From: Octopus sinensis
Lineage: Eukaryota
Direction: 5' to 3'
Assembly (NCBI RefSeq): GCF_006345805.1
Contig: NC_042997.1
Span: 15,562,001-15,626,000, forward strand
Length of the DNA: 64,000 nucleotides
Position 1 is the first letter of the stretch; the number at the start of each line of letters is the position of its first letter. This document shows positions 15,002 to 27,253 of the stretch, one piece after another. The position numbers and the translations under genes were made by a program. The notes beneath the pieces were generated by a model. The model did not search any database. It worked only from the letters and a program-made list of their open reading frames with translations, and was not told the DNA's origin.

Positions 15002-15989
15002 GCACGCAATTATCTATATATCCATTAATGATTGACTAAAGAACTCCAGTTACGCAACCACTTGCATGAACGTAGAAGCTGAATGAATGTTTCTATGTAT
15101 GCACGCCATGAATATATTTTAAACAATGCTGATGTATTTTACATTGCCACCTGCTTTGTACTGTATATCATTCTCGTATACTCCGCTGTTGAGAATTAAT
15201 AACACAGTCCTGTGGAAACAAATATTAGAATTCATTATCCTTTGATGAATACCTGTGATCGCTAAAAGTTAAACGTTGATCCTATCATATGTATGTATCG
15301 TACAAACGAATATTTACGTAACAGACTCTGGAGTATAGGCCTCAATTAATTGGTCGCTCTGTAAACATCTAGTTCGTTGGAAACTGGAGTCTACAATCAT
15401 TCAAATCACGTTTCCCATTTGGGAATAGGATCCCATTCCTTCCCTCTCTCCAACTACTTTAGAGATTCTGAGAAGAACCACGGAGAACTGCTTTCTTTCC
15501 CGATAAAACAACGAAAAATGCCTTATATAACATGATTTTAACAACAATATTGAAGTTCTAACATATACGAATCTGAATACCGAAGTGTGCCCACTTCGAT
15601 CTAAGTGAGTCCCGTTAGAACAAAAAGAAACAAAGTGCTTACTTAGACTGTATTTTTGTTTACTAGTTCCAGATCGAGAATTGTGGCCATGCTGTGACAA
15701 AACCGTGAGCTTTGCTACACTCTCGCCACATGAGACCTCCTCTGATATGTGGCATTTTGTGAATGTGGGAATTTAATGTTGCCGCCCTCATCTATGCTTC
15801 TTGCTGTGAGGCTGCTTCATCCGGAACACTTGACAGGAGGAGATCCAGTTTTGTTTTCAAGACACCTATATCCATCCCATAGCTTTTTTTCTTTTGAGAA
15901 TATTAAAGAGCTTTTAGCCCTTGAAACTCAAGTTGTTGCAGTATTTTATCTGTATCTTGATGGCATTGCTGGGATTTTTGGCACTATGC

Positions 15990-16215
15990 AGTGGCACCCC
16001 GTTCTGCTATTTGAGTAGCTTAAGACATTTGTTGTCGAGAATCAAGCCCACAAAGCTATGATATCTTAGACATACAATGCGTTACGAATCACTGCCCAAG
16101 ACCATCGTCACTGCAAGTGTGGAGGAGAAGAGAGCAATGTTCATCAAAGACACTCGTAAACTGACCACATCAAAGAATGGACTGGAAGCAAGTACTGAGC
16201 TGATTGTATACATGT
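15990..16215 (+). pseudogene. RTE-clade LINE ORF C-terminal remnant
   Basis: Frameshifted motifs KL*YLRHTMR, LPKTIVTASVE and DHIKEWTG match the RTE C-terminal pattern KLxYFGH..LxKTI.xGxVEG..WxDxIKEWTG. Confidence 0.55.
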
Positions 16216-16442
16216 AACACAACACGAAGGAAACTAGAGAGGCTTCGGAAGCAGATCCTTCGTCATAAGGAAGGCACCTGGTTGATAAGTGATGTATAAG
16301 ATGTCATATCTACATGTTTTTAGGCTCGTTGTGAAATTAAGCCCACGAAGGCTTCTTTGGGTATTTGTGGGGAGAATCGAACTCACTGGTTTCGTACTTT
16401 TATCAAGTGTAAGATATCGCGGTAAAATTGCAAAAGGCAACT

Positions 16443-16449
<7 letters not shown>

Positions 16450-16485
<36 letters not shown>

Positions 16486-17510
16486 ACACACACACACACA
16501 CCACACACACACACACACACACATGATAGTGTGATGTTGAGGATCCAGCGATATGTTGTGGTGTAAAGATGCATTATAAACATAGACACTTACAGAGAAT
16601 CCATTACCTGCAGCAGCATAGCTTGTTATAACTTTTCTCCTGCAGATTTCACGTGTTTGTAAATATAGCAATTAAATCACAGATGGTGCCTGATGTGCAT
16701 GCATGTGTGTATGTGTGCATGTGTGTGTGTGTGCATGTGTGTGTGTGTGTGTGCGTGTATTTATGATTGTGTATCTGTGTGTGTATCGGTGTGTGTGTAT
16801 GTGTGTGCATGTGTACGTGTGTGTGTGTGTGTGAAATTCAGTGTTCCTTCGCTATTACCTCGCATTTTTAAATGAAAATGAAAAATGTATGTATGTATGT
16901 ATACATGCATGTATTTACATATGTATGCAAATACACACACACAAACACAAACACACACACGCACACACACAAACACACGCATAAACACAAACACACACAG
17001 ACAGACACACACACACAAACACACACACGCACACACACAAACACACGCATAAACACACGTATATGTGGCGTAAAATACACAAGAAGAACATTTCATATAT
17101 ATTTCTATTATGATCAGTTAAGTTCTTTTATTAATTTTCCATTTTATTATAACTTTGATTGAAAAATAAATTATAATTTAAAAACTTTAAACTTGATTAT
17201 TTTCTTTCTTGCTATGTATTTTATGATATCCATCCATCCATCCATCCATCAATCCATCCCTCCCTCCCTCTCTCCCCCCTCCCTCCATCCATTCATCAAT
17301 CCATCCAACCCTCCCTCCATCCATCCATCCATCCATCCATCCATCCATCCATCCATCCATCCATCCATCCATCCATCCATCTAGCCATCCATCCATCCAT
17401 CTAGCCATCCAGCCAGCCATCCAGCCAGCCAGCCATCTACCCATACTCACGCACATATATATATGTACATACATGTGTGTGTGTGTGTGTGTGTGTTAAT
17501 GTGAACGCAT
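16450..17510. repeat. (CA)n/(TG)n/(CATC)n microsatellites
   Basis: Direct reading. Confidence 0.9.
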
Positions 17511-18261
17511 ACATGTATATATATATTATTCAGATATATTCGGATATATTCACCACTTCGATTTATTTCATGTTTCTCATCTTGAAGTCTGACATATTCG
17601 CGAAGCCAATTACGGAATAATAACGAAGAAGAGTCACAAATTGTAAATATACTTTTATTCGTGCAATGATATATAAGAATAATCAGTTAATGGAACATAT
17701 CAATAGTCCAATTCCGAAATATATAATATCAGTAATATTCTATTGAACTTAACAGAAAGTTTTTAATTCTATTCTCATATTGAAAGACAGTATCTCTGAT
17801 ATTTCAAGATTTGTGCTTCTTCAATACCAGCGTGTGCTTGTGATGGAGTTATTTTTTTGTCGAATTGAAACGCCTGTTTCCGTTTCTTTTACTTTTTCTT
17901 CACCCTTCTTTTTTTTTTTTTCTCAACATTTTCAGCTATCTGGCATGATCTAGCCATCATGTGACACTAACAATCAATCATCCACTGTAAAATATGCTCC
18001 AAATTTCGTGGAAAATATGTTATGCCTGAAAACGAATTCCCATAATGCTGATGCTTTTTTTATAACTTTCGTTTTCTTCCAAACCAAATCTCGTCACTAC
18101 TAAAGACTGTTTCTGAAGACGTGTAAAAACCGATATTTTGCTAACATTTTACGATAGTTTTTTTCAGTGCCCACTGCTCTGCTACTATCATATCGATCAT
18201 TTGTTTCACATCAACTGCTCGAACTGACTCGCCATTATTCATATTGGTTTCAAATTTTGGG

Positions 18262-18455
18262 ACAAAACCAGCAGTTTCGGGGTGAGGGGTAAGTCTATTT
18301 CATGGACCCTAGCGCTCAACTGGAACTTTTTTTTATCGACATCGAAAGGATGAAAGGCAAAGTCGACCTCGACGAAATTTGAACCCAGAGCGAAAAGACG
18401 GATGAAATACCGCGAAGTATTTCGCCCGGCTTGCTAATGATTCCGCCAGCTCGGT
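18262..18455 (-). mobile_element. SINE family A, older variant
   Basis: gaaaggatgaaaggcaaagtcgacctcgacgaaatttgaacccag...gctaatgattccgccagctc. Confidence 0.8.
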
Positions 18456-18600
18456 GGCTTATCGCCACCTTTCGAATAATATTTTTTTTTCTGTACTGAG
18501 TTTTTAAGGTATGAGTTTTCAAGGTACGACTTATTCCGAAATCAAGCAGGTGTAAATCTGCTGTACAATTTTGTGGGGAAATTCTCAAAATATTATCTAA

Positions 18601-20752
18601 AACAAAAGCACTCAGAGAGCGCAAACCTCCACCAAAGCAACACCAACGTCCTTATTTCTTTAAATAGGCACAAGGCCTCAAATAGAGAAGGGACAGCACA
18701 AGAACAGACAAAATAATATAAAGGGGTACATAAAAGCATACATCGAATGAATTATGGATATAATGAAAATGAGGATGGATCAGCTTACCTACCCCCCAAA
18801 AGCCGGTAGATCCATTTTACTGTTTTTAAATGAACAGTTCAATATCAGTGTTGGTTTTCTTTTTTTAAAAATCACACGAAGTCACTATTTATAAAATATA
18901 CTCCATCAAATCTTCGAAGGCCACCACCGGCGGCAATTCGAAGTAACAAATCTGTATCCCTGTCATCTCCATTCCCACCAAACAACTCCTTCAAACTATC
19001 TCTCCTTTCCCCTTCCAATAAAACAGCCCTCAAACCCTCGTTATCCTCTCCGGCCGCCAATTTCACTCTTACAACGCTCCTCATCTTGGCAATCCTCTTC
19101 TCCATCTCCACACCTTTTGGGCATTGCATCGTTGTTCTAAAGTCCCTCCTTTTAGGTGTCACTCTCCCTCTCTCCTCACCAATCCCCCCTCCGCCGCTGC
19201 CCGTCTCCCATTCCGTGCTGCTATCTCTCCTTCACTTTCCCCTCTCCTCCGCACTCCTTCCTCCCTGCTAGTTGATGGTCTCTGCGTTCGTTCCTCACTT
19301 ACCTTCGTAGACCTTTCATCCATCCTCTCATTCGCATTCCCCTGCTTTTCACACTGCCTCTCCTCCCCACCTGCCCTTCTTTCCCCTCTCGGACCCTTAG
19401 GTGGTGAGTCTGTAACACTCTTCTTTCCTTCTACCATTGAATATTGCTCTTCCATTCTCTCCTCCTCCACCGTTGCACCCTGCTCCTCTTGCTATACCAT
19501 CTCTGTCTCCTCCTCTTTGTGTTTCTGGGGACACCCAACTTTCATGTTTCTCCCCACTCCACATAGAAAACACACAGGCGGTCCTCCTTCCACCACCATT
19601 CCCAGCCCTGTTTCATCTGGCAGCACCAGTTCTTCTGCAATCTTGCAAGCTTATATGGACCAATACCTCCAGCCCCCCCCCCCCCCGCAGCAGTTCACCT
19701 CCGTAGTTCTCGACATTTTCAATATTCCGGTGTCCTCCTCTGTATTCAAGAGGATGGCTGCCACCAGTCATGCCTCATCAATTTCTGGGAGCACTCCATC
19801 CATTCTTACACTGGCCGCACGCTTGCCACATCAAATCGGTAGCAGTGCCCACTCCGCTGATCTCAAAGGCACAGTGGAGCACTTTCTCGTTTTTCCCTCA
19901 CTCACGAAGCGCACCTCCACTGTGCCGTACTTCCCTCCTCTGGTGCAGTACATCGTTACATTTCTCACCTCTCTCTCTCTCGGGCACCTTTCGACCGCTT
20001 CCACCCATTTCGTTGCAATATTCAACGTTCTGTATACAACTGTTTTCTTCTCCGTTCCTTCTGTCACTTCCTTAGAAGGCGTCAACCTCAGGCCATCTCC
20101 CTCCATTCGCAATAAATCATTACTTTTCTTGAAGTTTTTCTCCTTCAATTTAAATTTTCAAACCTGCAGCACCTCTGCTGGCAGGCCCCTGCAAATCACC
20201 GCAGCACAACTGCCCGCTTCCACTGGTGTGCCTTCCATTACAATATTGTTCACAACTTCACCCATAAATGGGGAAGAAAATCAAAAAACGGTAACAACAA
20301 ATTCAACAATTTCAGGTAACAACAATCCAACAATTCAACAAATAACAGTTAAACAATAACAGCACTCACATGGAGCGTACACACCTCAAACTCAACCGAC
20401 TCAAATACAACACTAACGACAACACCAAAGTCCTCTCAACGATTAGCCAGGAATGGTTTTTAAAATGAGAATATCTGAAATAAACTCGACTGCTCTCACA
20501 ACCGAGAATATTAAAAATGAACCCGACTCCTCTCAAAAATTAAGTAAAAAAACAGGAAAAGTAATCTAGAATCCTTGTCCAGTATCGAATCGATCCCCAA
20601 ATCTAATCAGTTTGTGCCAGCCACGAGGCCAAACATTCCTGAAAGTCTCATCCGAATCCATCCAGCAGTTCTTGAGATATCTTGTCCACGGACAAACAAG
20701 CAAACAAACACGACTGAAAAAATACCTCCGTCTTCGCTAAGGCGGAGGTAAT
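18601..20752 (-). mobile_element. DINE-1/Helentron-type non-autonomous element (about 370 bp without its insert), split by a LINE-derived insertion
   Basis: Minus-strand 5' end: subterminal repeat plus inverted repeat hairpin tacctccgtc-ttcgctaa-ggcggaggta (20723-20750), next to (TTTG)n. 3' end: matching subTIR aacctccacc (18624-18633) and short stem-loop gcactc-aga-gagcgc (18608-18622). The two halves join across a duplicated caacaccaa(c/a)gtcct. Confidence 0.7.
18653..20419 (-). mobile_element. ORF1-only (HAL1-like) L1/Tx1-type non-LTR retroelement, 1767 bp, decayed
   Basis: 15-bp TSD at 18638-18652 and 20420-20434. Minus-strand frames give YGTVEVRF..PLRSAEWALLP..VRMDGVLPEIDE..LVAAI and VVEGGPPVCFLCGVGRNMKVGCP (CX2CX4[H>N]X4C zinc knuckle). 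No endonuclease or RT motifs seen. The 3' end is ...ccttgtgcctatttaaagaaata. Confidence 0.7.
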
Positions 20753-20779
20753 AATGGAATTTGCTATACATAAAAAGGA

Positions 20780-21135
20780 TTCTTTACCAACAATAAGATT
20801 TTCCATTTTATTTTCTTTATTTTCCTATGGTTTAATTAATTAAGTGGCAAACAAATGTCTTGTCATCCAATCCTTTTTCTTGGCATCATATTTCACTGAA
20901 AGATATTCTACATTTTTGAAACAGCTTAAATTTTTTGATTTTACAATAAAAAAGGGACATACTTTTTCAATTTCCATCACGTTACAGCGAAGAACAACAA
21001 TAACTAAATGCTGTTTTCTTGTCTTTTACCCTCATTTTTATGGATCTTATTAGGTTGCGAAAATGTGATGAGGTAACTGATAAAAAGTACGAATCTTATC
21101 TACATTAAATATTTCTTGTTTATTGTAAAAAAAAA
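20780..21135 (-). pseudogene. pogo/Tigger-like DDE transposase remnant
   Basis: Minus-strand peptides EIFNVDKIRTFYQLP, VVLRCNVMEIEK, PFFIVKSKNLSCFKNVEYLSVKYDAKKKKDWMT and KILLLVKNP match the DDE_1 family pattern IFNxDETGLFY..PLVIGKSKNPRCFKN..Y..NKKAWMT..KILLLVDN. Confidence 0.75.
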
Positions 21136-21991
21136 CAACTTTTTTTCGTTTACCCTTCTTGTTACGCAGTCGGTTTTGGATTGGAGCATCAGCTAATAAT
21201 AACATCACAAATAACTCGAGCTTTTGTCTCGTATCGATCACGAAAACGTTTCCCTCATCTGATACTGGCTTGTGGTATCGTTTACTTTACGGTCCAGAAT
21301 AGAATTTAAAAAAACAAAACAAAACAAAAAAACAGTATAGTTTCACCTATTCTTCGTGGATGCGCAGTATGCAAATTTCAATATATTTACGAAAGCCAAA
21401 CCGACAAAGAGTCAGTTGAATTGACAAAAACAAATGAGAAAATTTTCTTCTTAATATAGATATTGTTTATACGTCTGATTTTACTGGTTGTTATCACAAA
21501 AATACTTTTAGTTTAGAAAACCTGTGTGTAATAGAATGCGACATTGAAATGCTACCTTAAAAATACTACGGAGATGTACTCGCATAGCAAGTAATTTGAT
21601 CTGAGATCGTGTGCTGAAACGAAAACAATTGCAGCGTGGAAGGTGTTTATAAGCCATTTAAGAAACACACAAAAGCCGTTCGATTCACTTCAACATTTAA
21701 GCTTAATTTGTCAAAATATTTTCGAAAAATACTGTAATTAATTAATTCATTCATTCATTCTGATATTATGGTTTAAGAACTCCTTTTTCAGGGCTTCTAA
21801 GAACGAGAGACAAAGCGTGGGAGGTTTTTATATTGCGCATCCATCCTATTTGCGTGCCTATTTCACAGTCTTTTCCATTTCTTTTCCCCCCATCCTTTAT
21901 GTAAAACCCCACACAAATTGTTGCCTGTCCTTATAATGCTCCCTTCATCTATGATTCTTGTGCCTTTAATAGAAAGGATTATTGTTGTTGC

Positions 21992-22037
<46 letters not shown>

Positions 22038-22374
22038 GAGTGAGAGAGCAGTTCATGCCATCAAAGTGACACTGGGGTAAAACATACGAAGCCCAATATA
22101 CCCATCATGACTACCCGTCTGATAAGGGTACACCAGGCACATGCATCACAACCATATGTGCGCAACATGGTAATCTCATATCAAGATAAACAGTACATGA
22201 CCTTGCAGGTGGGGCCCAGTTAGAATTTTCTTCAGGTTGAGTAGCCCATCCCGCTCAAAAGGTCCCTGAATAAGGGTTATTTAAGGATGTTGAAAGAACC
22301 ACCCATGTTTCCAGAGGTGAATTATTCAAACTCCAAAGAATCCCTCTCAACACATGGCTATGATGCTCCCCCAC
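22038..22374 (-). mobile_element. 3' end of an AAT-tailed non-LTR retroposon (second family)
   Basis: Homologous to 58351-58773. Ends ...gcactgctctctcactc(AAT)n, with the tail at ~21990-22037. Confidence 0.6.
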
Positions 22375-22387
22375 GGCTATGATGCTC

Positions 22388-22787
22388 ATTATTATTATTA
22401 TTACTATGATTCAGTAGTTTTATTTTTATATCGTGCTTTCACTTCACTACCGAGCGCAGATCTGTGTGCCTTGGGTATGTGCAGTGGTTTGTTGTGATGC
22501 TCTTATGGTTACTGTGTTGAAAGTGTTTTGCGTAGGATGTGTGCGGTGCCCAGTAGTGCAATTTTCTGTATGTTATATATATTTGTAAGTCCTGGTATTT
22601 TTGTTATGTATTTGTCTGAATATATTTTTTATCATACCTAATGCACCTACCATGATAGGAATTGTTTCTGTTTTTATTTTCCACATTCGAGTTACCTCTA
22701 TTTCCAGGTCTTTGTATTTTGAAAGTTTCTCCATTTCTTTTAGAGAAACGTTGTCATCTGCTGGTATTTATACATCAATTAGAAAGT
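22388..22787 (-). mobile_element. R4/Dong-like 3' fragment, second copy
   Basis: Reverse complement of 1230-1634 (FLIDV..PADDNVSLKEMEKLSKYKDLEIEVTRMW), ending in (AAT)n. Confidence 0.8.
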
Positions 22788-23712
22788 ACCAGCTGAGCAC
22801 TGGAGGTTAATGTAATCAATTAGTTCCTTCCCCAGAAAATTGCAGGTTTTGTGCCTATAATAAAAAAATACTACTACTATTTGATAAATACATCAAGAGT
22901 TCCATTGCAATGAGCTTCTCTGCCTTAGGTATATGGAAAACACTCGGCGAGAAATGGAAGAAAATTTGAAGAAAGAAGGGAAAAAAAACAACAACAAGAA
23001 CAAGAACAACAATAATAATAATAATAATCATAATAATAATAATAACAATAATGGCTTCTGATTTATCGCAAAACTAGCAATTTTGAGCGAGAGGATGAGT
23101 CAATTACATTGGCCTAAGTATTTGACAAGTTTTTCGTATTTTGCTTCCGGAGTGATGAAAGGTAAAGATGACCTTGGCGGGATTTGAACTCAGAACATAA
23201 AGAGCAAGAACAAATTCCGCAAAGCACTTTTTCCAACACTAAGAACTCTGCCAAAAGTTAAAGCCAACGAGGGAGAGGGAGCTTCTATATGGTTGTTTAA
23301 GCTGCTAGAAATAGCAGTCAGATCTCTCTCATTTTGTACTCTTATCGTCGAACAAAGAACCTGCTGAATAATGTGGTATGTGTTCCTAGATTCTTTGTGA
23401 ATAGAGAAAAATACAGGATGGTCATGGATGGGCTCCCGCTGAAGATATGTCTCCCCGAACATGGTTGACCTGAGACTAAAAATACAGTTTGGATATAGAA
23501 GCGAAAACAAATATTTTGGAATAAATAATGTTAGCAGTAGTAACAATACCACGAGCAGCAGCAGCAGCAGCAGCAGCTACGACAACAATAAGGATAATAA
23601 CAATAAGAAATATAAGGTTATATATTTCACCCCCAACACACATCCTGCACCCGAGTCTGACAAGCATTATTGTTATCAAACTGGACTTACTGAACCTTGT
23701 GGTAGAGAAATG

Positions 23713-24570
23713 GCAGAGGCATCGGCGGCGGCGGCAGCGGCAGCGGTGGAGATGGTGGCGACAGCGATGGGGATGGTGGCGGCAGCGGTGGCGATGGTGG
23801 CGGCGGCGGCGGCGGTGGCGATGGTGGCGGCGGCGGCGGCGGTGGCGATGGTGGGGATGGTGGCGGCGGTGGCGATGGTGGATATGGTGGCGGCGGTGGG
23901 GATGGTGTCGGCGGTGGGGATAGTGGCGGCGATGGTGGCGGCGGCGGTGGTGATGGTGGCGGCAGCGGTGGCGATGGTTGCGGCAGCGGTGGCGATGGTT
24001 GCGGCAGCGGTGACGATGGTGGCGACAGCGGTGGCGATGGTGGAGGCAGCGGTGGCGATGGTGGCGTCAGCGGTGGCGATGGTGGCGGCAGTAGTGGTGA
24101 TGGTGGCAGCAGCGGTGGCGATGGTTGCAGCAGCGGTGGCGATGGTGGCGGCAGGCGGTGGCGATGGTTGCGGCGGCGGTGGCGATGGTGGCGGCGGCGG
24201 CGGTGGCGATGGTGGCGGCGGCGGTGGCGATGGTGATGGCAGCGGTGGCGATGGTGGCGGCGGCGGTGGCGATGGTGGCGGCGGCGGCGGCGGTGGCGAT
24301 GGTGGCGTCAGCGGTGGCGATGGTTGCAGCAGCGGTGGCGATGGTGGCGGCGGCGGTGGCGATGGTGGCGGCGGCGGTGGCGATGGTGATGGCGGCGGTG
24401 GCGATGGTGGCGGCGGCGGTGGCGATGGTGGCGGCAGCGGTGGCGATGGTGGCGGCGGCGGTGGCGATGGTGGCGGCAGCGGTGGCGATGGTGGCGGCAG
24501 CGGTGGCGATGGTGGCGGCGGCGGTGGCGATGGTGGCGGCAGCGGTGGCGATGGTGGTGGCGGTGCTGAT
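23713..24570. repeat. GC-rich 18-21 bp minisatellite (ggcggc[ggc]ggtggcgatggt)n
   Basis: Direct reading. It explains the GGGGDG/AAVAMV/PPPSP ORFs. Confidence 0.9.
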
Positions 24571-24728
24571 TGCGGTGTTAACGGCAGTTGCAGCAGCATC
24601 AACATCAACGGCAGATGTGGCAAAATCGACGTCGGTAGTGGCAGATGGGATACGGGTGTATGTGGAGGGAGGGGGAGATTGCTGGCTCGCGGGGATTATA
24701 GAGGTGTGAGGGAGAAAAATAGGGACAG

Positions 24729-24767
<39 letters not shown>

Positions 24768-24904
24768 ATGGAGAGGGAGAGAGAGAGAGAAAGAGGGAGA
24801 GTGGGGGGTGGGGTGAGACTGGACTGGGATGACACAGAGTCATCGATGACATCAGCAGCCACCTAAAGTTCTGCTTGAAGGGAAAACACAGAAAGTCAGT
24901 GGAA

Positions 24905-24934
24905 TCGCCATCATCATCATCATAAGCAACAGCA

Positions 24935-24965
<31 letters not shown>

Positions 24966-25475
24966 CACACCACCACCACCACCACCACCACCACCATCAC
25001 CACCACTACCATCATCATCATCTCCACGACGACGACGACCACCACCACCACCACCAACATCAGCACCACCTCCACGACGACGACGACGACGACGACGACG
25101 ACCACCACCACCACCACCACCACCATCTCCATCTCTACGACGACGACGACCACCACCACCACCACCATCAGCACCACCTCCACGACGACGACGACCACCA
25201 CCACCACCATCATCACCACCATCACCGCCACCTCTACGACGATGACCACCACCACCACCACCATCACCACCATCATCACCATTTCCACGACGACGACGAC
25301 GACCCCCATCACCACCACCACCACCACCATCACCACCATCTCCACGACGACGACGACGACGACGACGATGATGACGACGACGACCACCATCATCACCACC
25401 ACCACAACCACAACAACAACAATAATAACAACAAAAACAGCAGCAGCAGCAGCAACAATAGCAACAACAGCAGCA
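24905..25475. repeat. (GAC/CAC/CAT)n triplet mosaic
   Basis: Direct reading. Confidence 0.9.
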
Positions 25476-26149
25476 ATGAAAAGGGATCAGCTCTAACGTC
25501 AGTCACCACACCACAATCATTACCATCACACTATCACTACCATCACAACCACCACTACCACCATCATCATGATCATGATAGTATCCTTTCCCCTTCTCTC
25601 CGTCCTCCTACATTTCACCTTCTCTTCTTTCGGTTTTTGTCACAAGGGAGTCGAAGTTAGTAGTATTTGAACCCGCAACTGCTGAATTGGGCTGAGGAGG
25701 GAACCCGTCAGGGTCGAATCAACCTTTCATTCTTACAGTGTTTTGTTAAAGTAAGTCTTAGTGACAACACACTGTGAACTTAGCCCGAATCATATCTCCG
25801 AAGCTACTTCCGTGCAAAATCAAAATGAATTAACCATGTTGTAATCTGGGGGAGAATTTGTACAGATTTCAGGAGATTACGACAGATTACGACAGATTTC
25901 AACTGAGCAATGACTAACTGTGAGTTTGATGATAGATACTATGAAACAAAGCAGTCACTCTACCAAACAGTTCAGTGACACGACCTTTAATTCTAGCCGT
26001 ATGGGCATTTTGAATTGTCGCCGACTGCGAGTTATACATGCACACATACATACATACATACACATACGACATACACGCCTGCACGTGCACTGCATGCACA
26101 CATATATATTTATATTACTCTATGCATACGCATATGTATGTATATGTGT

Positions 26150-26308
26150 ACTCTTTTACTTGTTTCAGTCATTTGACTGTGGCCATGCTGGAGCACCGCC
26201 TTGTACTTATTCTAACGGTCTCTTTTGCCGAACCGCTAGGTTACGGGGACGTAAACAGCATCGGTTGTCAAGCGATGTTGGGGGACAAACATAGACACAC
26301 AAACATAT

Positions 26309-26340
<32 letters not shown>
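26150..26340 (-). mobile_element. SINE family C, tail half
   Basis: actcttttacttgtttcagtcatttgactgtggccatgctggagcaccgcc...cttttgccgaaccgcta. Confidence 0.8.
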
Positions 26341-26347
<7 letters not shown>

Positions 26348-26771
26348 CTTTATTTAAAGCAGCAGAAAATTCAACAAAACCTGTTACTCTGAGTTTCCCG
26401 TTGCCATTCATCGGACATTTTTTGCTAGAATGGAACCGATATGTCAATTCTATCCATACTATTACAAACGCTACACCTTTAACCTCTTCAACACAGCATT
26501 TCAATACTTCACCACTTCTAATTATTTAACTCCTATTAAGATCTTTGGTTTAAGATATATGCTTTTCCCAGTGTATCTTGCAACATAACTTCTGTTTCTC
26601 ACTTCCTGGATAGGACGCCGGTCCTTCGCAGGACTGGAGCGACGAGAAATGTAGTGTTATGCTCAAGAATACAACGCATTGCCCGATCCAGGAATTGAAA
26701 CAACAATCTTACGATCATGAATGTAAAGTTGTACCCATTAAAACACGCGTCTTTATACATACATACATACA

Positions 26772-26805
<34 letters not shown>

Positions 26806-26944
26806 CATACATACAAACATACATACATACACACATACATACACACATACATATATACATACATGCATGCATGCATACATACATACATGCATACACACAC
26901 AGGTACGTACGTGCATGTGTGTGTGTGTCCGTGTGTATGTATGA

Positions 26945-26978
<34 letters not shown>

Positions 26979-27009
26979 ATGTGTGGTCAACTTATTCATA
27001 ATGAATTCG

Positions 27010-27253
27010 ACTCTATCATCTGTATGGCGTCTCCTGAGTACAACTTTAAACTGTACCCCGTAGTGGGACCCTAGTGCGTGAGTTCCAGGGTTTTGAGGAG
27101 TATGTAACCATCCCTTAGCCACTGCTGTTCTCAGGTCTATTCTGACCCAGAGTAGTAGCACCTGTCAGGGTCGCAACTATAGGTTATCTACCATGTAGAC
27201 TAAGCCCTGCCTTGTCTTCCTTCATTCCCTAAATCAAGAAGAGCGTCTCTTCC
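27010..27253 (-). mobile_element. Retroposon-like interspersed repeat (RTE-type 3' region, tentative)
   Basis: Minus-strand gaccctgacaggtgctactactctgggtcagaatagacctgag resembles invertebrate RTE-associated 3' ends as I recall them; not verified. Confidence 0.35.

Noticed and set aside
17600-18240. Possible Merlin/IS1595-like or piggyBac-like transposase traces on the minus strand (SDEIWFGRKRK, HT-GIE, FTVDD)
   Set aside because: The motifs need several frameshifts and point to different superfamilies; no TIRs found.
19124-20359. 411-aa plus-strand ORF
   Set aside because: It is antisense to the decayed ORF1 of the LINE derivative; Ser/Pro/Leu-rich shadow frame.
23461-24816. 451-aa Ala/Gly-rich ORF resembling structural proteins
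   Set aside because: It lies over a triplet minisatellite that is open in several frames on both strands, with no signal peptide or unique domain.
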